A DNA stretch of 64,000 nt from Candidatus Latescibacterota bacterium (lineage in GTDB: Bacteria > Latescibacterota > UBA2968 > UBA8231). The notes beneath the pieces are model-generated. The model saw nothing but the letters and a program-made list of their open reading frames with translations. It searched no databases and was not told the origin of the DNA. The stretch is taken from the NCBI GenBank assembly GCA_965215195.1, contig CBDCDC010000002.1:1504001-1568000 (forward strand), given 5' to 3'. This document shows positions 38,583 to 48,708 of the stretch, piece by piece (within the stretch, counting starts at the first letter, position 1; every line of letters starts with the position of its first letter). The position numbers and the translations under genes are program-made.

Positions 38583-38656
38583 ACGACCCTTGTCGCTTAG
38601 ACAACCACAGAGGGGGGAATGGCTTCTACGGAATTTCCCTTTGTGAGGAGAGCGAG

Positions 38657-40273
38657 ATGATCGAAGGACACCAAGTACTAGCCAGCCGCGGCGCTGTGGC
38701 CGCCCAGCAGCCGACCGCGGCGCGCATTGGCGCGCACATATTGGCCCAAGGCGGCAACGCCATGGATGCGGCCGCGGCCACCAGTTTGGCCTGCTGCATG
38801 TTGGCCCCCCAATCCAACGGCATCGGCGGCTATATGTCGGCCGCGGTGGTTTTGCAAGGTTCCACCGGCCGCATCTGGTCGCTTGACGCCAATGCCGTAG
38901 CTCCGGCTGCCGCTCACGAGCACATGTACGACATCCTGCCGGCTCGCCGCGCCAGCAAGGACCTAAACGAAAGGGAATACGCCTGCAGTGTGCGCGACGA
39001 TGCCAATGTGTACGGCCCCCAGTCCGTGGCCGTTCCCGGCCAAATGGCTGGCATGGGGTTTTTGCACGAGCGCTGGGGACAATTGCCTTGGGCCGCGATT
39101 GTCGCTCCGGCCCAAGGACTGCTCGCCGATGGCTTTCCCTACGGCCCGGCCCTTGCCCGTACCATTCGCGACCAAGCGGCCATCCTGCGCCGCTTTCCCG
39201 CAACGTTTAGCCACCTCGCGCCGCAAGGCGAGTTGCCCAGCCCGGACGACATTTGGCATCGCCCCGACATGGAGCGCACCCTAGCGCGTTTGGCCCAAGC
39301 TGGCTGGCGCGAATTTTACTGCGGCGAATTGGGCCGCACCATCGGCGATTATGTCCAAGTTAGCGGCGGCGCTCTCACCCGTCGGGATATGGCCAACTTT
39401 GCGCCGCGCCTGACCGAGCCGTACCAAATCACCTACCGCGACGTGCCAGTGTACGGGCCGATTTTGCCCAACGGCTGCCTCTCCGCCCTCCAGATTCTGC
39501 ACATGCTGGAATGCCTACCCGTGCTGCCCGACAGCCAAGCCCTGTATTGGCATCAGCTCGCCGAAGTCGTCAAACAGGCTTGGCGCGACCGTCTGCGCTA
39601 CATCGGCGACCCCGATTTCGTGGATGTGCCGGTGGAGCGTCTGCTGAGCAAGGACTACGCGGCCGGTCGCGTTGAGGCCCTGCGGCAATTCCCCGAGCAG
39701 GTCAATCAGCAGGTGTACGAAGCCTCGGGTCCGGCTGTGTCCGAAACTTTGCACGTATCGGCTGCGGACGCCGAGGGCAATCTGGTCGGCATCACCATCA
39801 CCCAAGGCGGGGCCTTTGGCTCCTGTTTTACCGTGCCGAGCACGGGCATTATCCTGGGCCACGGCATGTGCCGTTTGGACCCCCGCCCCGGCCGGGCCAA
39901 TTCCGTGGCTCCGCACAAGCGTCCGCTCAACAACGTAGTCCCCATGATCTTGCGCCTGCCCCAGCGCGACGTGGCCATCGGCCTACCCGGCGGTCGCCGC
40001 ATCATCAGCGTCGGGGCCCAACTCGGACAGCGCATTATCGACTTCAACGCCACCGCCTTGGGAGCAGCCACGGCCCCCCGACTCAACGCCGAAGCGCAAG
40101 AGCCACTCGAACTCAAGCGCGGCATCGATCCGGCGATTGTGCAGGCCCTGCGAGAAATGGGGCACCGGGTGCAGGTGCGAGAAGAGGTGGCCGGCGGCGC
40201 ACACGGGGCCGAGATCCTCAAAAGCGAAGGCAAAGTGCGCGCCGGAGGCAATGGCTGGGCCGCGGGCGCGTAA
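38657..40273 (+). CDS. Gamma-glutamyltransferase family protein
   Basis: 'GGNAMDAA', 'SNGIGG', 'ETLHVSAAD.EGN', 'PGGRRI'. Confidence 0.9.
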   Translation: MIEGHQVLASRGAVAAQQPTAARIGAHILAQGGNAMDAAAATSLACCMLAPQSNGIGGYMSAAVVLQGSTGRIWSLDANAVAPAAAHEHMYDILPARRASKDLNEREYACSVRDDANVYGPQSVAVPGQMAGMGFLHERWGQLPWAAIVAPAQGLLADGFPYGPALARTIRDQAAILRRFPATFSHLAPQGELPSPDDIWHRPDMERTLARLAQAGWREFYCGELGRTIGDYVQVSGGALTRRDMANFAPRLTEPYQITYRDVPVYGPILPNGCLSALQILHMLECLPVLPDSQALYWHQLAEVVKQAWRDRLRYIGDPDFVDVPVERLLSKDYAAGRVEALRQFPEQVNQQVYEASGPAVSETLHVSAADAEGNLVGITITQGGAFGSCFTVPSTGIILGHGMCRLDPRPGRANSVAPHKRPLNNVVPMILRLPQRDVAIGLPGGRRIISVGAQLGQRIIDFNATALGAATAPRLNAEAQEPLELKRGIDPAIVQALREMGHRVQVREEVAGGAHGAEILKSEGKVRAGGNGWAAGA

Positions 40274-40314
40274 TCACCCTTGCCGTGGGTGATTTTCACC
40301 CATATCATGGGTAT

Positions 40315-41544
40315 ATGAACGCGAATCAACTGCTGCCTCGATTTGCTTCTGCGAGCGTGGAGCGAGCGCTGCGGGTCATGCCCGTGGCCGTTCTTACCGG
40401 CGCAAGGCAGACCGGCAAGAGCACCCTCGCCCGCATGCATCCCATCGGGGCAGACCGGTCTTACTTCACCTTGGACGATTACGGCGTCCTCGAGCAGGCC
40501 CAACGCGAACCGGCCGCTCTGGCCGCTCGGGCCGCGAAGATCACGCTTGACGAGATACAGCGGGTGCCACATCTGCTGCTCGCCATCAAGCGCCTCGTCG
40601 ACGAAAATCGAGTTGCTGGCCGTTTCCTCCTGACTGGATCGGCGAATCTGCTGCTTATGAAGGAGGTGGGCGAAACACTAGCTGGCCGCGCTAGCTACTT
40701 GACGCTCTGGCCCATGACCCGTCGCGAGCAACGCGGGTTGGCTAGGCCTGGTCTGTGGACGGAGCTCGTAGATGCGCCCCCTAGCGCATGGCGGGATGTG
40801 CTGCTCGCCGAGCCAGCCGAAGCAGAGCCGTGGCAGGCCCTTGCTCGACGCGGAGGGTATCCCGTCCCGGCCTATGAGTTAATAGATGATGACGACCGGC
40901 GGCTGTGGTTCGAAGGCTACGCGGCTACCTACTTGGAGCGGGACATCCCGCGTCTGTCCTCCATCGCAAGCATAATCGACCTGCGGAGGTTGATGACGGC
41001 AGCCTGTCTGCGCGTTGGGGGGCTATTAAACCAAGCAGACCTAGCCCGGGACGTGCATCTTGCACCCTCCACAGTGCAGCGCTATCTCAACTTGCTAGCG
41101 GTGTCGTTCCAGCTAGTGCGATTGCCAGCCTATGCTGTCAACAGGACGAAACGGCTAGTCAAGTCATCCAAACTCTACTGGAGCGACACCGGGCTGGCTT
41201 TGCACTTAGCGGGCGATATACATCCTCGCGGCGCACACCTAGAGAACATAGTGCTCTGCGATCTGCTCGCTTGGGCTTCTACTCGCGTCGCAAGAACGGA
41301 GATTCTCTTTTGGCGGACGACCAAAGGAGCCGAGGTCGATTTCGTCCTCGAAACGGGCCGGCGTCTGCTGCCCGTAGAAGTGAAAGCCGCCGCGAGCGTC
41401 CATCCCGGGGACGTGCGACATCTGCATACGTTCCTAGATGAATACTCCGATATGGCGCAGGGTGGGATCGTTCTCTACGATGGCGAGGAAACGTTCTGGC
41501 TCACCGAGCGCGTTCTCGCCGCGCCGTGGTGGCGCGTGGTTTGA
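40315..41544 (+). CDS. AAA_14 ATPase with DUF4143
   Basis: 'GARQTGKST', 'LDEIQ', 'LTGS', 'KLYWSDTGL', 'EVDF...PVEVK'. Confidence 0.9.
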   Translation: MNANQLLPRFASASVERALRVMPVAVLTGARQTGKSTLARMHPIGADRSYFTLDDYGVLEQAQREPAALAARAAKITLDEIQRVPHLLLAIKRLVDENRVAGRFLLTGSANLLLMKEVGETLAGRASYLTLWPMTRREQRGLARPGLWTELVDAPPSAWRDVLLAEPAEAEPWQALARRGGYPVPAYELIDDDDRRLWFEGYAATYLERDIPRLSSIASIIDLRRLMTAACLRVGGLLNQADLARDVHLAPSTVQRYLNLLAVSFQLVRLPAYAVNRTKRLVKSSKLYWSDTGLALHLAGDIHPRGAHLENIVLCDLLAWASTRVARTEILFWRTTKGAEVDFVLETGRRLLPVEVKAAASVHPGDVRHLHTFLDEYSDMAQGGIVLYDGEETFWLTERVLAAPWWRVV

Positions 41545-41608
41545 AGGGAATAACGATCGTTATTCCCTACTGCGTAACGTCAGTGAGGAAGTACAACGGA
41601 GAACAAAA

Positions 41609-42739
41609 ATGAAAATTACTGATCTGCAGGTGATGCGAATGGGGTCGGAAGGAACCAACAATTGGATGTTCGTGAAAATCGAGACCGACGCCGGCATTCA
41701 TGGCTGGGGCGAGGCGAGTTTGCAGTACAAAGACGACGCCTTGCTCGGCGAATTTGCGGCCTTCAAGCGCTTTCTGCTGGGCAAAAATCCGTTTGAGATC
41801 GAGCGGATCTGGACCTCGCTGTACCGGCGCGTGACGTGGTCGGGTGGCCCGGTGACCACGAGTGCGATCAGTGCGATTGATCTAGCGCTGTGGGACATTA
41901 AAGGCAAAGCCTTGGGCGTCCCGGTGTACGAATTATTGGGCGGCAAATCGCACGACAAAATTCGCATGTACGCCAATGGCTGGCCGCGCAAGGACAACAC
42001 GCCTGAAGGGATTGCCGAGGGTGTAAAACGGGTAGTCGATCAGGGCTATGAGGCGTTGAAGTTCTATCCTTTTAGAGGCGCACAGGTGGCCACCATCGAG
42101 CGCATTCAGCACGGCGTCGCCTTGGTGGAAGCGGTGCGCGAAGCGGCCGGGTCGCAAATCGAAATAGGAATAGACATTCGCGCACGCTTAAATATATGGA
42201 GCGCACGACGGGTGGCGCAGGAATTAGAACCCTACAACATTGCGTGGATGGAAGAGCCGATTTTGTGGGACAATCCAGCAGCACTGGCGCAATTTGCCCG
42301 CGAAGTAAATGTGCCAATTGCAACGGGTGAGCAGCTATACACTCGCTGGGACTTCCGCGCACTGTTGGAACTGAATGCAGTCGGGATTATTCAGCCGGAT
42401 ATTTGTCATGCCGGCGGCATCACCGAATTGAAGAAAATCGCCGCCATGGCCGAAACGTATTACGTGACAGTCGCCCCACACAATTCCAATGGGCCGATTT
42501 CAACAGTCGCCAGCCTGCATTTGGATCTGTGCATTCACAACAGTTTGATGCAGGAAATTTTTGTGTCGTCGATCGAGCGATACAACAAGGTGCTTACGCA
42601 ACCTATTAAAGTAATCGATGGCCACTGTGTGCCACCAGAAGGGCCGGGTTGGGGCGTAGAGTTGCGAGAGGATATTGTGGAACAACATCCGCCAAAGTCG
42701 TTTACGCCGATTGAGTCTGAACCGTATGTGGAATTTTAA
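41609..42739 (+). CDS. Mandelate racemase/galactonate dehydratase-like enolase
   Basis: 'SAIDLALWDIKGKALGVPVYELLGG', 'WMEEP', 'ATGE', 'QPDICHAGGI', 'APHN'. Confidence 0.9.
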   Translation: MKITDLQVMRMGSEGTNNWMFVKIETDAGIHGWGEASLQYKDDALLGEFAAFKRFLLGKNPFEIERIWTSLYRRVTWSGGPVTTSAISAIDLALWDIKGKALGVPVYELLGGKSHDKIRMYANGWPRKDNTPEGIAEGVKRVVDQGYEALKFYPFRGAQVATIERIQHGVALVEAVREAAGSQIEIGIDIRARLNIWSARRVAQELEPYNIAWMEEPILWDNPAALAQFAREVNVPIATGEQLYTRWDFRALLELNAVGIIQPDICHAGGITELKKIAAMAETYYVTVAPHNSNGPISTVASLHLDLCIHNSLMQEIFVSSIERYNKVLTQPIKVIDGHCVPPEGPGWGVELREDIVEQHPPKSFTPIESEPYVEF

Positions 42740-43180
42740 TTAGAGCAACTCAACCTTTTGTACACTGCATATATGGCCGAAGTCCCTGCTGTTGAATGTG
42801 AGCATTGCGTCTATACGGACGTTGGGGTCAGCAAGGATAGCGCAGAGAACGGCATCTACGAGACTCATAGCATTGCGTTGGCGTTGAGTTTTGGCCTGTG
42901 CAAGCACCTCTTCATACGCATCGAGGCGATAGGGGGAATCATCTAGCAACACGGTGTCACGAGCGCGAAGAACACTCTCGAACCGCACAATCGTCTCTGG
43001 CCTTCTAACAAACCGCGTGTTAATAGTCTCGTACAGGATTGGCCACGGGACGACAACCGAAAGGGCTTCCAGCAAGTCTTGTTTTTTGCAGGCATCGCCG
43101 TGATGCTGATCACGCGGGTTAAAAAGCGCAAAGAAGAAGCCTGAGTCCACTAAAAGCGTGTTATTAGAAGGCCCGATCAT
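42740..43180 (-). CDS. PIN-domain (VapC-like) nuclease
   Basis: 'LLVDSGFFFAL..PRDQHH', 'ILYET', 'SLVDA', 'LTFN.RDF'. Confidence 0.8.
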   Translation of the reverse strand: MIGPSNNTLLVDSGFFFALFNPRDQHHGDACKKQDLLEALSVVVPWPILYETINTRFVRRPETIVRFESVLRARDTVLLDDSPYRLDAYEEVLAQAKTQRQRNAMSLVDAVLCAILADPNVRIDAMLTFNSRDFGHICSVQKVELL

Positions 43181-43484
43181 CGCTGTCGGCCTCGTGCATT
43201 CCGAAACCATCCCAAGGGGGGCTTTTGCGTCGGCCAATTATGAATCGGCCCTTCGTTTCCCCGTTGTCTCTATAAATAACATATATCCGCGCGCGTCTGT
43301 TCAGCGGGACCGCTTTCTCTATCTCGGCCTTGAGAGACGCAAGCACATCCCCTGCGTGGGAAAACGAGAACCACGCGACGCTATTACCGCATTCCTTTGC
43401 ATTGTGCTCATCGAGCCAAGCGTACAGGCTTTCGTAATCGCCTGTCACACCGAGGTCGTAAGACATCCAAACAATACTCTCCAT
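43164..43484 (-). CDS. Small hypothetical protein, possibly Cas2/VapD-like ferredoxin fold
   Basis: 'VWMSYDLG..GDY..LY.WL'; GGAG RBS; overlaps the PIN gene. Confidence 0.6.
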   Translation of the reverse strand: MESIVWMSYDLGVTGDYESLYAWLDEHNAKECGNSVAWFSFSHAGDVLASLKAEIEKAVPLNRRARIYVIYRDNGETKGRFIIGRRKSPPWDGFGMHEADSDDRAF

Positions 43485-43509
43485 TCGCTCACTCCTTTCG
43501 CATGGGGGC

Positions 43510-44475
43510 TTACGTTCTCGTCGCCATAATCTCGGCCGCTTCAATCTGATCCACTAGCGCAACCGAGTGAATCACGTCGCGGATGTCGGTAATCGGCTGC
43601 CGGTTTTCAACCACGCAATCGACGAAGTGCTCGTGCATGGTCAAGACCCCTTCGTAGCGGGGCACGTCGTCTTGGGGCACCCCGTCGATTTCCCAGCCGC
43701 CGAGGGTGCGGACTTGGTTGTCCTCGTGGATTTCGATTTCACTCGGAATTTTCACGTAGCAGCCAATGCCCACGCCGTGCAGCTCTGAGCGCAGCACCCG
43801 CCCGCCAGAGGCGCGGTTGCCGAGCATCACGCCGGTAGCGCGGTTGTCAAAGCGCACCAACGCGGTGTAGTGGTCGAAGCCGGTGCCGCCGAACTTGTCT
43901 TGATAGGCCGTAACTTCCACTGGCTCGCCGCCGGCCATGTAGCGCAGCAGATCGACGATGTGGATCAGGTCGTTCCACAAGGTCGTGGAGAACTCGTCTC
44001 CGCGCTGTGGAAGCTGTTTGTTGAAGGTCGTCGTCGCCAGCGACACCGGGCCTTTGGCCGCCACGATGCGCATGGCCTCGCGGGTGACGGCCGCGTAGCG
44101 GCGCTGGAGACCGACCATCACCCAGACGCCGTGGCGCTCGGCAGCCTCTAAAATCGCCCGGGTCTCGTCGCTGTTAGCCCCAGGCGGTTTTTCGATAAAC
44201 AGGTGCTTGCCGGCGGCGATGCAGTCGAGGGCCGGCCGTAGGAGCCACTGCTCGTTCATCACGCAATAGACGATGTCCGGGTCGATCTCGTCGAGCATGG
44301 CGCGGTGGTCTTGGTACGTGCGCGTAAAGCCGTACTTTGCGACCACTTGCCTGAGACGCTCCTCGTCCAATTCGCAAACCGCGGCCATTTCCACGCGGTC
44401 GGCGAGGCGATGGACCGATGGGTAGTGGGCGCTCTGACCGCGGCCCCCCGCGCCGATAAATCCCGCTTTAAGCAT
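43510..44475 (-). CDS. Gfo/Idh/MocA oxidoreductase
   Basis: 'GFIGAG', 'GKHLFIEKP', 'IHIVD'. Confidence 0.9.
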   Translation of the reverse strand: MLKAGFIGAGGRGQSAHYPSVHRLADRVEMAAVCELDEERLRQVVAKYGFTRTYQDHRAMLDEIDPDIVYCVMNEQWLLRPALDCIAAGKHLFIEKPPGANSDETRAILEAAERHGVWVMVGLQRRYAAVTREAMRIVAAKGPVSLATTTFNKQLPQRGDEFSTTLWNDLIHIVDLLRYMAGGEPVEVTAYQDKFGGTGFDHYTALVRFDNRATGVMLGNRASGGRVLRSELHGVGIGCYVKIPSEIEIHEDNQVRTLGGWEIDGVPQDDVPRYEGVLTMHEHFVDCVVENRQPITDIRDVIHSVALVDQIEAAEIMATRT

Positions 44476-45307
44476 GATCTTCTCCTTTTTGGCACAAAGC
44501 CGTAAAAAAGCGCACGTCAATCCGCGCCAAGTCGATGACGCTTTCCACTGGCTCGCCGCTGTACTCGCTGTGGAAGCTGACCGGGCCGGCAAAGTCCAGC
44601 CGCTGCAAGGTCGCGATCACGGCCGGCCAATCGACAAAGCCCTGCCCCATCCGCACGACGCCGGTGGCGGGCTCACCCTGCTTGGTAATGCTCAAAGAGC
44701 GCTGGCGGGCCAGATCCTTAAAAGCGACCACACACAAGTGCGAACGCACGATGTCGAGGGCCATGGCGATCGGCTCGCCGCACAGGGCCAAGTGCCCAGG
44801 GTCGGCGAAGACGCCCACGTATTGCGGGTCGCAGTCGCGGACGATGTTCATGGCGGCGCAGGCATTGAGGCCCATGGACGCGCCCGAATGATTGTGGATA
44901 GCGGTTTTGACGCCGTACTTTTCCGACAGCCCTTGAAACCCCTGCACAAAGCCGCGCACCTCGTCTAACTGCGTCCAGTAGGGCACGTCCGGCCGCCAGT
45001 GCCAGTAGCCTAACTTGACGTGAGCCACGCCGGCCGCGCCCAAAGCCGCGTAATACCTTTCCGCGTAGTCCATGTCCGGCCGGTTGAAGTCGCCCGGGGC
45101 CGTGACCAAGGGGATACAGAGGCCGGCGCTGGCAAAGCGGCACTCAGCCTCTGGCAGGGCCGTGGCTACATTGGCCGGGTTGACCGGGTAGCCGTCGCGT
45201 ACGCACAGGTCGGCCCCCTGCACGCCAATGGCCTGCAAGGCGTCGATGAGTTGCGGAACACTAAGGCCCTCTAAGTGCTTGGTAAATGCGATATACGTCA
45301 GGTTCAC
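44468..45307 (-). CDS. Sugar phosphate isomerase/epimerase (xylose isomerase-like TIM barrel)
   Basis: 'HNHSG', 'DPGH', 'KD', 'G.G.VDW', 'HSEY'. Confidence 0.85.
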   Translation of the reverse strand: MNLTYIAFTKHLEGLSVPQLIDALQAIGVQGADLCVRDGYPVNPANVATALPEAECRFASAGLCIPLVTAPGDFNRPDMDYAERYYAALGAAGVAHVKLGYWHWRPDVPYWTQLDEVRGFVQGFQGLSEKYGVKTAIHNHSGASMGLNACAAMNIVRDCDPQYVGVFADPGHLALCGEPIAMALDIVRSHLCVVAFKDLARQRSLSITKQGEPATGVVRMGQGFVDWPAVIATLQRLDFAGPVSFHSEYSGEPVESVIDLARIDVRFFTALCQKGEDHA

Positions 45308-45383
45308 AATGTGCGCTCCTTTTTCATTTAGTTGACAAAGCGTGGTAAGGGTATCAAAATACCGGCCAAGTGCCAACGACTTA

Positions 45384-45500
45384 ACTACACGACACCAATA
45401 CCTTGTCGTTGATGGGCGATGAGTCCGGGATCGAGGGCGGGACGCCCTCGACGAGGGCAAGATGCCCTCGATCCGAGGGTAAGGCCCTACTATCGTGTAC
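45384..45500. mobile_element. MITE-like element family A, copy 2 (inverted relative to 14544-14660)
   Basis: Its reverse complement is nearly identical to copy 1. Flanked by TTA on both sides. Confidence 0.8.
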
Positions 45501-45534
45501 TTAGGCCAACGACTTAAACGGAGCCAGTCGAATT

Positions 45535-46464
45535 ATGGAAGCAGTCAAAATGGAACCCAGCCCCCCAATTGAGGTCCCCAAGCTACTCGCGCCGGCCCAA
45601 GTGCAGTCCTTTATCGACGACGGCTATCTCGTCGTGCCGGGCCTGATGGAAGAAGCCGAGCTCGGCGAACTCAAACGCGACCTCGTCAATGTGGCGCGCG
45701 GCCGCTACGAGTGCGATAACATTGAGCCGGTCGATCCCGCCCTCAGCGAGCAAGCGGTGCTGGAAAGCATCCTCTGCATCCACCAGCCACACTACGTCAG
45801 TCCGGTCATCGAAAAGTACGTCCGCCACCCCAAGATATGCGGCGTCCTGAGCCAGATCACGGCCGCGCACCTGCCCTTTTGGGACGGCAGCGTCAAGTGC
45901 ATGCAGTCCATGTACTTTGTCAAGCCGCCCAACTTCCAAGGGCAGGCTTGGCACCAAGACGAGATCTACATCCCCACGCGGGATCGCTCGCTTATTGGCG
46001 CGTGGATCGCCGTGGACGACGCCACCGTAGCCAACGGCTGCCTGTACGTCATTCCGGGGTCACACCGGCCCGGCTACCTCTACCCGCAGCGGCCCCACGA
46101 AAACCCGGACGAGTTCGACTTCGCGCCCGAGAGCTACGGCTTTGACGAGCGCGTTGAGACCCCGGTTGAAGTGGAGGCCGGTACTCTCGTGTTCTTCAAC
46201 GGCTATCTCCTCCACCGCTCGTACAAAAACCGCGGCCACACCTATCGCCGCGTCTTGGTCAACCACTACTGCAATGCTTGGAGCCTGTTGCCTTGGAGCC
46301 TTGAAGAGGGCGAGTCGCCCGCCCGCGCCGACCGGCGCAACATCGTGCCGGTGGCCGGCATCGACCCCTACGCCTGGAAGGGCTATCAAACGCCGGCCAA
46401 GTCCGTGGGGCTGCGGCACTGCAAGGCCATCGACGAGGTCCGCGCCGGCCGCGACAAGCCCTAA
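45535..46464 (+). CDS. Phytanoyl-CoA dioxygenase (PhyH) family protein
   Basis: 'WHQD', 'NGCL.VIPGSH', 'LLHRS..N....RR'. Confidence 0.9.
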   Translation: MEAVKMEPSPPIEVPKLLAPAQVQSFIDDGYLVVPGLMEEAELGELKRDLVNVARGRYECDNIEPVDPALSEQAVLESILCIHQPHYVSPVIEKYVRHPKICGVLSQITAAHLPFWDGSVKCMQSMYFVKPPNFQGQAWHQDEIYIPTRDRSLIGAWIAVDDATVANGCLYVIPGSHRPGYLYPQRPHENPDEFDFAPESYGFDERVETPVEVEAGTLVFFNGYLLHRSYKNRGHTYRRVLVNHYCNAWSLLPWSLEEGESPARADRRNIVPVAGIDPYAWKGYQTPAKSVGLRHCKAIDEVRAGRDKP

Positions 46465-46591
46465 CCATTGACCGCAGCGACCTTTGGATAATGGGCACGT
46501 TGGTGACCATCGCCGTCATCAAACTCTGACCGCGCACCCCACCCGCAGCCCCCGGACCATGGCTTACTGCTGCGTTCATCTGCGGATACAT

Positions 46592-47761
46592 CTAATGCGG
46601 CTCGGCCGGCAGACAAGCTCTAACCTCGTCAAAGAACGTCTTAAAGGAGCCTGTGGCGGCGCGTTCCCAACGGTCGAAGGTCGCTTGCAGCACTTCTAGC
46701 CAACGCTCTTGTGGCAGGCTTTGCACCGCTAGGCAGACGTAATAGGCATCGGTCAAGGCCAAGCCGCGCCGTCCATGCACGAGGGCTTGCTCCATGCGCT
46801 CGACCCATGGCGCCATCGCGGGCAAGGCTTCGACGCACTTGGCCTTGTGCTGGACAAAGTTGGCCAAGTGCTTGACCAAGCTCCGGCTAACGTCGTGCCG
46901 CTTGGCCGTGCCGGATACGTCGCCGAGGTCCAACTCCCCCCGGCGATACAATTCCAACAACTGTTGGGTGAGCGTGGGTTGCTTCACAGCAACGGTCGCT
47001 TGCCGAGCGTGGCGCAAGCCGCTGGTGAGGGCCGACATCTCGTGGCAGCAGTTGAGCCAGCGCACACCTTGGGCGACCACGCGGCGCATGGACGCGCCCG
47101 GGCCGACGGCCGTGCCCATGGCCTTGCCGCTGGCAGCGCAAGCGGCACCCACGCGGCTGAAGGCCGCCTGCACGCGCTCGTGGTCTATGTGGGGGACGCC
47201 GGCGCGCTCGACGCCGTAGCTGTGCGCCAAGTCGCTCGGCCCCACGAAGAGCAGGTCGATCCCTTCGACTGCGGCAATCGCTTCCACCTCCTCCACGCCC
47301 TCGGCGTCTTCGATCATCACGCCGAGCAGGGTCTCGGCATCGGCCCTTGCCATGTACTCGGCGGGGTCCAGCGTACCGTAGTGCGAATCCCGGCCACAGC
47401 CCATGCCGCGCAAGCCCAGCGGCCGGAACTTGGCCATCCGCACGAAAGCCCGCGCTTCGTCGGCGCTCTTGCAATGGGGCCAAACCAGTCCCCCGGCCCC
47501 CAACTCCAGCGGCTTAATCACTTGGTTGTACGGCCCCTTGGGGATGCGGATCACTGAATCGACCCCGGTGGCCCGCGCCGCCAAAATCAGGTGCGACAGT
47601 GCGTTCAGCCCGAGATGGGAATGCTCCATGTCGATCCAGACGCAGCCAAAGCCGGCTTGCGCCGCGAGCTCAACTACAACTGGGTCGAAGAGCCGGTTGA
47701 TTTCGACTGCCTCCACGGTCGCTCCTCCGAGCAGGGCGGCCTTGGTCTGGTTGGTTTTCAC
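46592..47761 (-). CDS. HpcH/HpaI aldolase with an extra ~130-aa C-terminal domain
   Basis: 'WIDMEH', 'MIED..GV', 'FVGPSDL', followed by an unrelated helical tail. Confidence 0.82.
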   Translation of the reverse strand: MKTNQTKAALLGGATVEAVEINRLFDPVVVELAAQAGFGCVWIDMEHSHLGLNALSHLILAARATGVDSVIRIPKGPYNQVIKPLELGAGGLVWPHCKSADEARAFVRMAKFRPLGLRGMGCGRDSHYGTLDPAEYMARADAETLLGVMIEDAEGVEEVEAIAAVEGIDLLFVGPSDLAHSYGVERAGVPHIDHERVQAAFSRVGAACAASGKAMGTAVGPGASMRRVVAQGVRWLNCCHEMSALTSGLRHARQATVAVKQPTLTQQLLELYRRGELDLGDVSGTAKRHDVSRSLVKHLANFVQHKAKCVEALPAMAPWVERMEQALVHGRRGLALTDAYYVCLAVQSLPQERWLEVLQATFDRWERAATGSFKTFFDEVRACLPAEPH

Positions 47762-47963
47762 GATGCCTCCTCAAATTGTGGCAACACGTCGCGGCCAAAC
47801 TACGCGATGGTTTGCCGGATCGCCGCCGGTGGGATGCCCAGCGCCCCAGTGCCCATAGTGCCCGCCGTAAAAGTAGTAGAATCTCACGGATCGCTTTCGC
47901 AGTGCGTTTTTTCTATATTCGCCCACCTGTCAACGCCCATTGTAAAACCACAGGAGACCTGTT

Positions 47964-48695
47964 ATGGCAGCAAGTGGACCCGTTCCCACCGCCCGCGCCC
48001 AAGGCCGCGGCCCAACCATCTGGCTGGCTGGCTCGCCCGACGAACTAAAGGAGTGGATGCCCCTCGGGATCGCCGGAATCGTCACCAACACGGTGGTGCT
48101 CAACCAATACGCCAAACAATGCGGCTCGGTCATCGGCCTGATAGAGCAATACGTCGCGCTCACCGACAAGCCCATAGTGGTGGAAATCGACGGCCATTGC
48201 GTTGAAGAGCTTCTAGAAGTCGGGCGAGTTTTCACCAACTTGTCCGAGCAAATCATCCTCAAGATCCCCTGCAACGTCAACGGACTCAAGGCGTTTAGCA
48301 TCCTCAAGGACCAAGGCGTCGAGACCTTCTGCACCACGGTGTTCTCACTGACGCAAGCCGCGGCCGTCGCCCAAGCCGGGGTTGATCACATCTTGCCGTT
48401 TTGCGAGCCGGTCAAGGAAGTGGGCGGCGACCCGACCAAGCTGATTCGCGAGTGCGCCCAGATGTTCAGCGACTGGGGCCAGCGCCCCTTCATTATGGCC
48501 GCCCTCATCCGCTCGGTGGAGACCGCGCACGCGGCCTTCCGCGACGGGGCCGACGAGCTGGTCACCATGTGGACGGTGTACCGCGACATGATGGATCACC
48601 CGCTGACCGCGCAGTGGAACAAGACCTTTATGGACGAGTGGATCGACATGCACCAGAGCGGATTGTTGGCGGGAGTGCCGGTCCGCGCCCATTGA
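47964..48695 (+). CDS. Transaldolase/fructose-6-phosphate aldolase family protein
   Basis: 'GIVTN', 'LKIP....GLKA', 'T.VFS..QA..AAQAG'. Confidence 0.85.
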   Translation: MAASGPVPTARAQGRGPTIWLAGSPDELKEWMPLGIAGIVTNTVVLNQYAKQCGSVIGLIEQYVALTDKPIVVEIDGHCVEELLEVGRVFTNLSEQIILKIPCNVNGLKAFSILKDQGVETFCTTVFSLTQAAAVAQAGVDHILPFCEPVKEVGGDPTKLIRECAQMFSDWGQRPFIMAALIRSVETAHAAFRDGADELVTMWTVYRDMMDHPLTAQWNKTFMDEWIDMHQSGLLAGVPVRAH

Positions 48696-48708
48696 CCGCG
48701 ACGCGCCT

